This document shows, one piece after another, positions 25,569 through 34,378 of a DNA stretch of 64,000 nucleotides. How positions within the stretch are numbered: position 1 is the first letter of the stretch; each line of letters opens with the position of its first letter. Source of the stretch: Lachnospiraceae bacterium (lineage in GTDB: Bacteria; Bacillota; Clostridia; Lachnospirales; Lachnospiraceae); NCBI GenBank assembly GCA_024685005.1, contig JAIKWF010000048.1, forward strand, positions 5,470 through 69,469, given 5' to 3'. Under the pieces are notes generated by a model. The model had not been told where the DNA came from and ran no database searches. It saw nothing but the letters and a program-made list of their open reading frames with translations. A program made the translations under genes and the position numbers.

Positions 25569-26732
25569 ATGATCGGATTTACATATTACAATCCTGCCAG
25601 GATCGTTTTCGGACAGGGCAGCGAACTGAAACTGAAAGAATTATTGGAAGCGTATAAAGTAACCTCTCTTTTGCTGGTTTACAGCGGAGATTTCATAAAG
25701 ACACTGGGAATCTATGATGTGATCAAGGATGCCACAACCCAGCTGGGAATCCGTTTTTCCGAGAACGGAACTGTTGTACCGAATCCCACCATTGACCTGG
25801 TAAGGCAGCTGACGGAGCAGGGGAAAAAAGATGCAGTAGACTTTGTCCTTGCAGTGGGCGGCGGCAGCTCCATCGATACTGCCAAGGCTGTGGCTCTGGG
25901 AATTCCCTACGAGGGAGATCCCTGGGACTTTTTTGAAAAGGGAATATCGCCAAAGGAAGTCCTCCCTGTAGGCGTTATTGCAACCACCGCATCCAGCGGT
26001 TCGGAGACTTCCAACTGCGCCATCCTTTCCAGCGGCGAGTGGAAGCTTGGATTTGAAGATGATCGGATCATTCCGAAATTTGCCATTATGAATCCGGAAT
26101 ACACAAAAGGTCTACCTCCCTATCAGACTTTCGTGGGAATCGCGGATGTGCTTTCCCACCTTCTGGAGCGGTATTTTTCAGATGAAAAGTTTTCGGATAC
26201 CACCGATTATCTCATCGAAGGAGCCATCAAAGCATTGCTTGTCAATGCCGACAGGCTCCTGGAGGATCCGACAAATGTAAATGCCAGAGGAGAGATCCAG
26301 TGGCTGGCCAGCGTGGCTCACAACAACTTTCTGGATGCGGGAAGATCCGCAGACTGGGGATCACACCGCATCGAGCATGAGCTTTCTGCCCAGTACAATA
26401 TCACTCACGGTGAGGGTATGGCAGTGGTGACCAGAGCCTGGACTAAATATATGGCCGGGAAAAAGCCCTGGAGACTTGCACTCCTTGCATCCAGAGTGTT
26501 CGGAGCAGATGCCTATGATTACTCCGAAACCCAGAGAGCTTATATCCTTTCCGATAAGCTGACGGACTTTTTCAAAAAGCTGGGATTAAAGACAACATTG
26601 ACAGAGCTCGGCATCGATGAAAAAGACTTTGAGGTGATGGCATCCCGCGCCACCAGAAACGGCACGGTGGGACATTATCAGCCCCTTGATAAAGAAGCCA
26701 TTATTGATATTCTGAAGCTTGCACTGAACTAG
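25569..26732 (+). CDS. iron-containing (group III) alcohol dehydrogenase
   Basis: Start at MIGFTYYNP (from track frame arithmetic; RBS AAGGAGG). Motifs AVGGGSSIDTAKA and HRIEHELS...HGEGMA match Fe-ADH / butanol-dehydrogenase-type proteins. I see no terminator between metI and this gene. Confidence 0.8.
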   Translation: MIGFTYYNPARIVFGQGSELKLKELLEAYKVTSLLLVYSGDFIKTLGIYDVIKDATTQLGIRFSENGTVVPNPTIDLVRQLTEQGKKDAVDFVLAVGGGSSIDTAKAVALGIPYEGDPWDFFEKGISPKEVLPVGVIATTASSGSETSNCAILSSGEWKLGFEDDRIIPKFAIMNPEYTKGLPPYQTFVGIADVLSHLLERYFSDEKFSDTTDYLIEGAIKALLVNADRLLEDPTNVNARGEIQWLASVAHNNFLDAGRSADWGSHRIEHELSAQYNITHGEGMAVVTRAWTKYMAGKKPWRLALLASRVFGADAYDYSETQRAYILSDKLTDFFKKLGLKTTLTELGIDEKDFEVMASRATRNGTVGHYQPLDKEAIIDILKLALN

Positions 26733-26784
26733 AATATGTTAAATGATCAGCAATACGAAATAGTTAGCAATAGGTTACTAATTT

Positions 26785-26829
26785 ATGACTTTACGGAATT
26801 CTTATGATCCCGTAAAGTCATATTTTTTT
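26785..26829 (+). terminator. terminator after the alcohol dehydrogenase
   Basis: Arms ATGACTTTACGG and CCGTAAAGTCAT followed by ATTTTTTT. The right arm overlaps the 3' end of the convergent permease gene. Confidence 0.6.
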
Positions 26830-27611
26830 ACGCCCAGCATCCAGAATTTGTAGCTCAGATAGAAAAACAATAATCCGATCAAAGGTGAGAGCCAGGACAA
26901 CAGCGGAACGTTAGCAGGCTCTAACAATACAAGAGATGGATAGTAGGCCACAAAGGCGATGGGAATGATAAAGGTAAAGACCACCCGGAATATACCGCTG
27001 AAAATGCTGGCGGGATATTTTGCAAAATCCTTAAACCGGAACATGATGACCATAACATAGCCGGAGCCGGTGATCCAAAAGCAGGTAGCGGCAGCCGCGT
27101 TCATAATGGCGATCATAAAAAGGGATGCGGTGATCAAAAACAGGATCAGTTTCAGGATGGTCAAAACCGTAACCGGGATCCCGATATGATACCAGGCATA
27201 GCAAAGGGTACCGACGCCGAAGGCAAGCTGTCCCAAGCCCTTTACATCGAAGACCTCCGACATGAAATAGAAAAATACATTCACCGGCCGGAAGCAGTAT
27301 TTGATGAAATCACCGCTCTGCACCATAAAACGCAGATTCCAGTTATTGTCAAAAAAGCATTGTACCGGTGTTAAGGCCACCAGGGAAAAGCCGTATAAAA
27401 ACAGCATATGGTAATAGTCCCAGCCGTTGATGGAAGGGAAGTTTTTAAACAGGATCAGAAAGGTGACAAATCCCGCCAGATTGGTCATGATCATGCCGAA
27501 GGTGGAGATGATAAAATCCGCCCGGTAACTCATTTTTGATTTCAGATCCTGGATCAGGATCTTTTTATAGATGTCCGCATAAAAGCGAAAGCCGCGTTTT
27601 TTCTGTTCCAT
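26802..27611 (-). CDS. ABC-2 family transporter permease
   Basis: 269 aa polytopic membrane protein, last gene of a three-gene ATPase-permease-permease unit. Confidence 0.65.
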   Translation of the reverse strand: MEQKKRGFRFYADIYKKILIQDLKSKMSYRADFIISTFGMIMTNLAGFVTFLILFKNFPSINGWDYYHMLFLYGFSLVALTPVQCFFDNNWNLRFMVQSGDFIKYCFRPVNVFFYFMSEVFDVKGLGQLAFGVGTLCYAWYHIGIPVTVLTILKLILFLITASLFMIAIMNAAAATCFWITGSGYVMVIMFRFKDFAKYPASIFSGIFRVVFTFIIPIAFVAYYPSLVLLEPANVPLLSWLSPLIGLLFFYLSYKFWMLGVKKYDFTGS

Positions 27612-27614
27612 ATC

Positions 27615-28424
27615 TCAACCTCCGTTTACAGTGATTTTCTTTACGGAACTGTTCCAAAACAGGTTGCCGGCGATGATCAGCAGAAGGATCCAGACAAGCT
27701 GCAGACTATAAAGGGGAAGAAGTCCCTGCAGGGTATCCGTTCCGCTTTTTTCCAAAAGGATCCGAAGAGGAATATCGTAAATGGCCCGAAAGGGAAGATA
27801 TTCCACGATCCTGCGAAAGGTTTCCGGGAAAAAAGCCACCGGGATGGAAGCGCCGGAAAGCAGCAGAACGATGGTCTCTTTTACGATATTGATCCCCCAG
27901 GTAGACTCCGTATACAGGCATACCGTAGCAACCAGCATCTCGATATTAAAGTTGATGATCAGGGCAAAAATGGTAGCCAGTGCAAACCATAACAGGTTCA
28001 GTCCCATGTGGATCGCGCCCTTGGTTACGATCATTACCACGATAAAAGTGGGAATGAAGGTCAACAGAAAAGAGACTACGTGACTTCCGGAGTAACTCCA
28101 GAAGGTATAAGTCCGAAATCGCATGGGCTTTAACAGATCCAGTATGATCTTGCCGGACTGGATGGAGCGGCTCATATCCCAGACCACAAACATCTCCAGA
28201 AAGTTAAACAGCGCCGTTGCCAGGATCAGATAGATCATGGTATCCGTAAAGGTCATTCCCCCTACCCGGTCGGTTCCGGCGGAAGCATAGATGGCCTTCC
28301 ACAGATAATAAACAAGCACAAGATAGATCAGATTGGCAAAGAGGGTTACAAAGGTGCCAAGTCTGAACTGCAAGGATTCCATAATGCCAGCCTTTGTCAG
28401 GGCCAGTAGTTTTTTCGGATTCAT
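27615..28424 (-). CDS. ABC-2 family transporter permease
   Basis: 269 aa polytopic membrane protein. The start overlaps the ATPase stop. Confidence 0.65.
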   Translation of the reverse strand: MNPKKLLALTKAGIMESLQFRLGTFVTLFANLIYLVLVYYLWKAIYASAGTDRVGGMTFTDTMIYLILATALFNFLEMFVVWDMSRSIQSGKIILDLLKPMRFRTYTFWSYSGSHVVSFLLTFIPTFIVVMIVTKGAIHMGLNLLWFALATIFALIINFNIEMLVATVCLYTESTWGINIVKETIVLLLSGASIPVAFFPETFRRIVEYLPFRAIYDIPLRILLEKSGTDTLQGLLPLYSLQLVWILLLIIAGNLFWNSSVKKITVNGG

Positions 28425-29362
28425 ACGGCTTCCCCCTCGTAGATCTTCTTGATCACTTCTTCGGTGGTGATCTCTTCCAGACGGATGTCTTTGATCTTTT
28501 GCTCCTTTTGCTTTTTCATGATCACATCCATAACGTCGGTTTTACTTTCGTCGATGAGCATTTCTTCCCAGGTGTCATCCGAAAGCCGGAGCTTCAGCGT
28601 CCGATAGGAGCCGAAGTAATTTTTCAGATGATCGATGTCGTTATCGTAGATTTTTTGCCCTTTATCAATGATGACGATCCGCCGGCAGAGGGCGTCCACA
28701 TCCCCCATATCATGGGTGGTCAGGATAACAGTGGTGTTTTTCTCCTGATTCAGTCCCCGGATCAGACAGCGGATCTTATCCTTCATGGAAACATCCAGCC
28801 CGATGGTGGGCTCATCCAGAAAAACGATGGCGGGATTGTGCAAAAACGCCGCCAGGATATCGCTTAAGGTACGCTGCCCCAAAGACATCTGCCGTACGGG
28901 CTTGTTTAAGATGGGGTCGATATCCACCAAAGACCGGTACAGCTCCAGCATCTGCTCATATTCCTTTTGGGGAACCATGTACAGATCCCGCAGGAGCTTA
29001 AAGGACTCCACCAAAGGCAGGGACCACCACAGCTGGCTCCTTTGACCGAAGACAACGCCGATGTTTTCACAGTTTTCGGTGCGGTTTTCGTAAGGCACGT
29101 TTCCGTTTACCAGGATCTTTCCGGAGGTGGGCTCCAAAACCCCCGTCATCATCTTGATGGTTGTGGATTTTCCGGCACCGTTGGGACCCAGATAACCGAT
29201 GATCTCGCCTTTTTCCACCGTAAGAGATACATCCTTCACCGCGCTGACGGTTTTGTAATCTCTGGAAAAAAGATCCCGGATACTGCCTTTGAGGCCTTCA
29301 TGACGGTTTAAAACCTTAAAATCTTTGCACACGTTTTCCATAACAAGGGCTTCATTTCCCAT
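28421..29362 (-). CDS. ABC transporter ATP-binding protein
   Basis: Start at MGNEALVMENV (ATG 29362, AAGGAGA 6 nt upstream). Walker A GPNGAGKST, signature MSLGQRTL, Walker B VFLDEPTIGLD. Confidence 0.85.
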   Translation of the reverse strand: MGNEALVMENVCKDFKVLNRHEGLKGSIRDLFSRDYKTVSAVKDVSLTVEKGEIIGYLGPNGAGKSTTIKMMTGVLEPTSGKILVNGNVPYENRTENCENIGVVFGQRSQLWWSLPLVESFKLLRDLYMVPQKEYEQMLELYRSLVDIDPILNKPVRQMSLGQRTLSDILAAFLHNPAIVFLDEPTIGLDVSMKDKIRCLIRGLNQEKNTTVILTTHDMGDVDALCRRIVIIDKGQKIYDNDIDHLKNYFGSYRTLKLRLSDDTWEEMLIDESKTDVMDVIMKKQKEQKIKDIRLEEITTEEVIKKIYEGEAV

Positions 29363-29475
29363 AGCGCATCTCCTTTGTGGTTTTGCAGTATTTTCTGCAA
29401 TTTTTTCTTGCATTTCTCAGGTTTTTATCATTATATGGTATTAGAACGTGGAATAAAACCGGCTTTTTTGCGAAA

Positions 29476-29517
29476 TTTTATAACAATATTACAAGTTTAT
29501 GAAAAATTGTTATAAAA
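29476..29517. promoter_or_regulatory. 12-bp perfect inverted repeat in the ABC / AraC divergent region
   Basis: TTTTATAACAAT (29476-29487) and ATTGTTATAAAA (29506-29517), separated by 18 nt. Confidence 0.4.
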
Positions 29518-29542
29518 AACTCGGATAGAAAGGAAGATTGTT

Positions 29543-30472
29543 ATGAATCGGGATGTGATGGGACTGATCGTGAAAAATGATGACGGGTCGGAGATCGTAA
29601 ACTATGATGATCCCGCTTTTCCATCCTATATTTACGACGGGTGGGTAGCACCCAAAGTGACCTGGGAAAAGGTACCCCATTATCATGAAGATATCGAGAT
29701 CCTGACGGTAAAGGAAGGGAAGATGGCTTACAGCGTAAATGGCAAAACCCTTCTGCTAAATGCCGGGGATACCATCGTGGTCAATTCCAATCAGATCCAT
29801 TACAGCATGAGCGTGGATGATACCGTGGCCAAATACGTGATCTTTGTGGTGCATCCGGCCATTCTCTGTTCCTCGGTGGCGGTGGATCTGCAGGCTGTGC
29901 GGCCCATTACGGAGAACGGGGATCTTCCTTATTTCCGGTTTCGCTATATCAATCAATATACGGAAGAATTGTACAGGCTTATGATGGAATTGCCTGATAT
30001 TCGAAATGACGCGTTTGAAGTCACCAAGCGTTTTTTCCTGATCTGGGATATCATAAGAAAGCAGGCGGCGGCCTACGGTAAGAGAGAAGAAGTAGCTGCG
30101 GATCCCGGAATGCAGTCCTTTAAGACCATGATGCATTTCATATCCACATCCTACAAAGGCAGGATCACATTAGACGAGATCGCAGGCAGCGCCAATATCA
30201 GCAGGTCCCTTTGCAACACCCTTTTTCACCGGTATGTTGGAGAATCTCCCATCAGCTATCTGTCCCATATGCGGGTCAGAAAAACAGCAGAGTATTTACG
30301 CAGCGACAGGCTTTCCCTGCGTCAGATCGCGGATCTGACAGGATTTACCGGCGTCAGCTATCTGTCCGAGACCTTTAAAAAATACTTCGGCTGCAGCCCG
30401 AGAGAGTACAAAAAACAATGGAAGAATAACGAAAACAACGGATACGAAGATACGGCTCCCGTAAAAAAGTAA
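29543..30472 (+). CDS. AraC-family transcriptional regulator (cupin plus HTH)
   Basis: N-terminal cupin-like sensor, and a C-terminal double HTH (LDEIAGSANISRSLCNTLF, LRQIADLTGFTGVSYLSETFKKYFGCSPREY). Confidence 0.85.
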   Translation: MNRDVMGLIVKNDDGSEIVNYDDPAFPSYIYDGWVAPKVTWEKVPHYHEDIEILTVKEGKMAYSVNGKTLLLNAGDTIVVNSNQIHYSMSVDDTVAKYVIFVVHPAILCSSVAVDLQAVRPITENGDLPYFRFRYINQYTEELYRLMMELPDIRNDAFEVTKRFFLIWDIIRKQAAAYGKREEVAADPGMQSFKTMMHFISTSYKGRITLDEIAGSANISRSLCNTLFHRYVGESPISYLSHMRVRKTAEYLRSDRLSLRQIADLTGFTGVSYLSETFKKYFGCSPREYKKQWKNNENNGYEDTAPVKK

Positions 30473-30485
30473 GCATCAGCTAACT

Positions 30486-32009
30486 TCAGCTATCTTCAGG
30501 CTGCGGTTTTTCCGGGCGGATCCCGAAATCCTCTGCTGTCAGTCGGAGCAGATCCTCCGTAGTGGGGGCATACAAGGAGATGACTCTGGAAGCCTGGCGC
30601 ATAATGGCATTTTCAAGCAGGTTCCGGATGTCACGGGCGTTGGCGAAATTCACCGGCGCATTTGCCATCCGTCTTTCCAGGTAGGAACGGATCCGATCCT
30701 TGTCTTCCGAAGCAAGCTCATAGTCCTGCTTTTTGCACATAAATTCCAGAATCTCAAACTGCTCTCCGGGAGAGTAATCTTTGAAGTTCAAAAACCGGTT
30801 AAAGCGGGAACGAAGTCCCGGGTTGGAAGAGAGAAACTCGTCCATTTCATCGGGATAGCCGGCTACGATCACCACCAGCTCGCTGCGATAATCCTCCATG
30901 GCCTTCAGCAGAGTGGACACGGCTTCCTGACCGTAATCGTTTTCGCCGCAGCCCACAGTCAGAGCATAGGCTTCGTCAATAAACAAAACGCCGCCTCTGG
31001 CTTCCTCCACCACTTCTTTTACGCGGATGGCGGTCTGTCCCACATATCCTTTTACCAGGCCGGATCTGTCACATTCCACCAGATGTCCCCGCTCCAAAAA
31101 GCCGAGAGCGTGGTAGATCTTTGCCACGATCCTTGCCACCGTTGTCTTGCCGGTTCCGGGATTGCCCAGGAATACCATGTGCCTGCTGGTGTCCGGATTT
31201 TTCAGGCCTTTTTTCTGCCGCATTCTTTGTACCCGCAGCAGATTGATCAGGCTTTGGACTTCATTTTTTACAGGCTCCAAGCCGATGAGCTCCATCAGTT
31301 CATCCACACATTCATTCAATGAAGGGGCATCTTCTTCGGGAGCAGGCTCTTTTTTCTTTTCTTTTTCCACAGACTCCACCATGGATGAGACGCTGGCGGG
31401 CTTGGGCTCGGGAGGGTAAGCTCCCGCCACGGGGGCTGAGGTAATAACGCCCATGCGGATATATTCTTCCAGCTCTTTAATGGGAAACTTCTTTTTATCT
31501 CCGCTGTAAAGAAGACCGAAATGATCGAGATAATCCTTCAGTCCGTTGATATAGGAATTGAAATATAAAGCTGTCTGATCCGAAGGATCGTTCTTATGGA
31601 GCAGCAAAAATTCTTGCCCAAACAGCGTCATAACATCCAATAGGATCTGGGAACACTGGTGCTCATAGGGCGTTTGAAGCTCCGGCCGCTTGTCCACATT
31701 CACAGCGATCTTCAGGGGCTCCGGGATCTCCAGTCTGTATTTATGAGGGATCTGCTCTCTTTTTTTCAGGTTATGCAGATCGCCTACCACGGAATCCACC
31801 ATCAGTACTTTCCGGATATACATGACCTCTGCGGTTTCAATGAGGCCGTCCGCATCAGCCAGGTAAACGGCAAAAAGAAGCAGCTCGTACCGGAATCGTT
31901 CCGAAAGAGGCATGCCAAGACCCAAAGAACCGCGTCTTGTATAATTATCCAGATAATTACAGACCTCATCTGCCTGCTCTAAGATCTGTTCAAATCGAAA
32001 TGCATTCAT
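30486..32009 (-). CDS. AAA+ ATPase of the CbxX/CfxQ/SpoVK type with a TerB-like N-terminal region
   Basis: Walker A GNPGTGKTT, Walker B VLFIDEAYAL, and LVVIVAGYPDEM typical of CbxX/SpoVK. The N-terminal 200 aa contain an ADADGLIETAEV segment reminiscent of TerB-type domains. Confidence 0.75.
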   Translation of the reverse strand: MNAFRFEQILEQADEVCNYLDNYTRRGSLGLGMPLSERFRYELLLFAVYLADADGLIETAEVMYIRKVLMVDSVVGDLHNLKKREQIPHKYRLEIPEPLKIAVNVDKRPELQTPYEHQCSQILLDVMTLFGQEFLLLHKNDPSDQTALYFNSYINGLKDYLDHFGLLYSGDKKKFPIKELEEYIRMGVITSAPVAGAYPPEPKPASVSSMVESVEKEKKKEPAPEEDAPSLNECVDELMELIGLEPVKNEVQSLINLLRVQRMRQKKGLKNPDTSRHMVFLGNPGTGKTTVARIVAKIYHALGFLERGHLVECDRSGLVKGYVGQTAIRVKEVVEEARGGVLFIDEAYALTVGCGENDYGQEAVSTLLKAMEDYRSELVVIVAGYPDEMDEFLSSNPGLRSRFNRFLNFKDYSPGEQFEILEFMCKKQDYELASEDKDRIRSYLERRMANAPVNFANARDIRNLLENAIMRQASRVISLYAPTTEDLLRLTAEDFGIRPEKPQPEDS

Positions 32010-32102
32010 AGTGATATCGCTCCTGTTTTTTCGCTTACTTTATATAGTATACCACCCTGCAGCAAAGTATGCATCTGCTAACTTTAAAATCAGTCTCTGC
32101 GT

Positions 32103-32170
32103 TATAGGATGAGGCTATAACAGCACATTGGCAGGAACGATTATACAGACAGCGGATCCGGTGCTATGAT
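32103..32170 (+). promoter_or_regulatory. Met-box-like palindrome plus promoter P5 (metY)
   Basis: TATAGGATGAGGCTATA (32103-32119), -35 TATACA (32142-32147), 17-nt spacer, -10 TATGAT (32165-32170). No plus-strand gene lies upstream, so it cannot be a terminator. Confidence 0.55.
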
Positions 32171-32220
32171 GATCTCAACAAAAGAAAAACGAACAAAAAA
32201 ACAGACAGGAGGCTACAAAA

Positions 32221-33504
32221 ATGAGCGATTACAGATTTGAAACATTACAGTTACACGTTGGACAGGAACAGGCTGACTCAGCATCCGATGCAAGAGCGGT
32301 TCCCATTTACCAGACAACCTCTTATGTATTCCATGACAGCCAGGATGCATCCGATCGTTTCAGCCTGAAGGCAGGCGGAAATGTATACGGCAGAATCACC
32401 AACTCCACCCAGGAAGTTCTGGAAAAAAGACTGGCAGCCCTGGAAGGCGGATCCGCAGCACTTGCAGTTGCATCCGGTGCATCAGCCATTGATTATACCA
32501 TTGAAGCCCTGGCAGCAGGCGGCGGACATGTAGTAGCACAGAAGACCATCTACGGCGGAAGCTACAACCTTCTGGCAAATACCCTTCCCCTTTACGGAAT
32601 TGAAACCACCTTCGTAAATGCCCATGATCTGGCAGAAGTGGAAGGAGCCATCAAAGAGAATACAAGAGTGGTTTATCTGGAGACTCTGGGAAATCCCAAC
32701 AGTGATATTCCCGATATTGATGCCATCTCCGAGATCGCACACAAGCACAATATCCCGGTAGTGGTAGACAACACCTTCGGAACTCCGTTCCTGATCAGAC
32801 CCATTGAGCACGGTGCAGACATCGTAGTACACTCCGCAACCAAGTTTATCGGCGGTCACGGAACCACCCTGGGCGGTATCATCGTAGAGTCCGGAAAGTT
32901 TGATTTCAAGGCAAGCGGCAAGTATCCCAATATCACGGAGCCCAACCCCAGTTATCACGGACTTTCCTTCTATGATGCACTGGGTCCCGCAGCTTTTGTG
33001 ACCTACATCCGTACCATCCTGCTTCGTGACAAGGGAGCAGCCATTTCACCCTTCAACGCATTCCTTCTTCTTCAGGGCGTGGAGACCCTTTCCCTGAGAC
33101 TGGAAAGACATGCGGAGAATACTAAGAAAGTAGTAGAGTTTTTGTCAAAGCATCCCCAGGTTGAAAGGGTAAATCATCCTTCCCTGCCGGATCATCCGGA
33201 TCATGCGCTGTATCAGAAGTATTTCCCCAACGGCGGAGCTTCCATTTTCACCTTTGATATCAAGGGCGGTCAGGAAGAAGCATGGAAATTCATTGACAAT
33301 CTGGAGATCTTCTCCCTGCTGGCCAATGTGGCAGATGTGAAGAGCCTTGTGATCCATCCCTTCTCCACCACCCATTCCCAGCTTCCGGAAGAGGAACTGG
33401 CAGCTACCGGTATCCGCAAGAATACCATCCGTCTTTCCATCGGAACGGAGCATGCCGATGATATCATCGCCGATCTGGAAAAGGGCTTTGCGGCAGCGAA
33501 ATAA
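32221..33504 (+). CDS. metY: O-acetylhomoserine sulfhydrylase (aminocarboxypropyltransferase)
   Basis: 427 aa. Motifs [19 protein letters not shown]-lysine [12 protein letters not shown], and C-terminal IRLSIGTEH. Confidence 0.85.
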   Translation: MSDYRFETLQLHVGQEQADSASDARAVPIYQTTSYVFHDSQDASDRFSLKAGGNVYGRITNSTQEVLEKRLAALEGGSAALAVASGASAIDYTIEALAAGGGHVVAQKTIYGGSYNLLANTLPLYGIETTFVNAHDLAEVEGAIKENTRVVYLETLGNPNSDIPDIDAISEIAHKHNIPVVVDNTFGTPFLIRPIEHGADIVVHSATKFIGGHGTTLGGIIVESGKFDFKASGKYPNITEPNPSYHGLSFYDALGPAAFVTYIRTILLRDKGAAISPFNAFLLLQGVETLSLRLERHAENTKKVVEFLSKHPQVERVNHPSLPDHPDHALYQKYFPNGGASIFTFDIKGGQEEAWKFIDNLEIFSLLANVADVKSLVIHPFSTTHSQLPEEELAATGIRKNTIRLSIGTEHADDIIADLEKGFAAAK

Positions 33505-33561
33505 AAAAGCGAAAAACGAAAAACACCGATTGCGAAAAGCATTGTATACACTCCTTGTTGA

Positions 33562-33595
33562 AAGAAACTGTTCCGAAGGGTACAGTTTCTTTTTG
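33562..33595 (+). terminator. rho-independent terminator after metY
   Basis: Arms AAGAAACTGT and ACAGTTTCTT around a 10-nt loop, followed by TTTT. Confidence 0.6.
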
Positions 33596-33672
33596 CGCAT
33601 ATGTGATTGAAAAGAGCGGAAAGAGGGCGTATGATAGGTAAGCAAAAGAGATAAAAAAAGGGGGCGGAGAAA

Positions 33673-34143
33673 GTGGAGATCAGAAAAGCAACGGAAAAAG
33701 ACATTGACGGGATCATAAGACTTCTTTCCCGTGTACTGGGTGTGCACGCAACGATCCGGCCGGATATCTTTATTCCCGGAACCACAAAGTACGGACCGGA
33801 TGAGTTATGTAAACTGATTGAAGACCCGGATACCCCTATTTACGTGGCAGTGGATGAAACGGGAGAAATGGCGGGGTATGTTTTTTGCGCCCTCAAAAAG
33901 CAGCCGGATGCGCCGACGCTGGTACCCTACAGCTATCTGTACATCGATGATCTGTGCGTGGAGGAAAAAGCGCAGGGATCGGGCGTGGCAGAAGCGCTGT
34001 TTCGGTTTGCCGCGGACCGCGCAAAAGAGCTTGGCTGCTATGAAGTTACCCTGAACGTATGGGAAGGAAACGACAGAGCAAGGCACTTCTATGAGAAAAT
34101 GGGCCTTAAGCCCCAGAAAACCTATATGGAAATGATCCTGTAA
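33673..34143 (+). CDS. GNAT-family N-acetyltransferase
   Basis: 156 aa. The QGSGVAEALF acetyl-CoA-binding segment and the HFYEKMG tail are typical of GNAT proteins. GTG start. Confidence 0.75.
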   Translation: MEIRKATEKDIDGIIRLLSRVLGVHATIRPDIFIPGTTKYGPDELCKLIEDPDTPIYVAVDETGEMAGYVFCALKKQPDAPTLVPYSYLYIDDLCVEEKAQGSGVAEALFRFAADRAKELGCYEVTLNVWEGNDRARHFYEKMGLKPQKTYMEMIL

Positions 34144-34166
34144 AGAGCCCTCCGGGGCTCTTTTTT
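34144..34166 (+). terminator. rho-independent terminator after the GNAT gene
   Basis: Arms AGAGCCC and GGGCTCT with loop TCCG, followed by TTTTT. Confidence 0.7.
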
Positions 34167-34180
34167 GAGCCCCGGGGATT

Positions 34181-34253
34181 CTTGGGGACGGGGTTTGTGG
34201 CTCATTTTTGCAGCCCAAAACGACCCCTTGGGGACGGGGTTTGTGGCTCATTT
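34181..34253. repeat. 27-bp perfect direct repeat, two copies 46 bp apart
   Basis: CTTGGGGACGGGGTTTGTGGCTCATTT at 34181-34207 and again at 34227-34253. Confidence 0.75.
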
Positions 34254-34306
34254 GCCGGCGGCCACCTGCGTGGCACCGCCGCACACCTGCATGGAGGAGC
34301 GATTTG

Positions 34307-34336
34307 TTTACACAGATCGGCCCAATATGGTATAAT
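34307..34336 (+). promoter_or_regulatory. candidate promoter of the flavodiiron gene
   Basis: -35 TTTACA (34307-34312), 18-nt spacer, extended -10 TGgTATAAT (34328-34336). Confidence 0.5.
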
Positions 34337-34378
34337 TGTCAATGTGCGTCAGAGAAAAAAGAGTAAAGGAGAAAGGGA

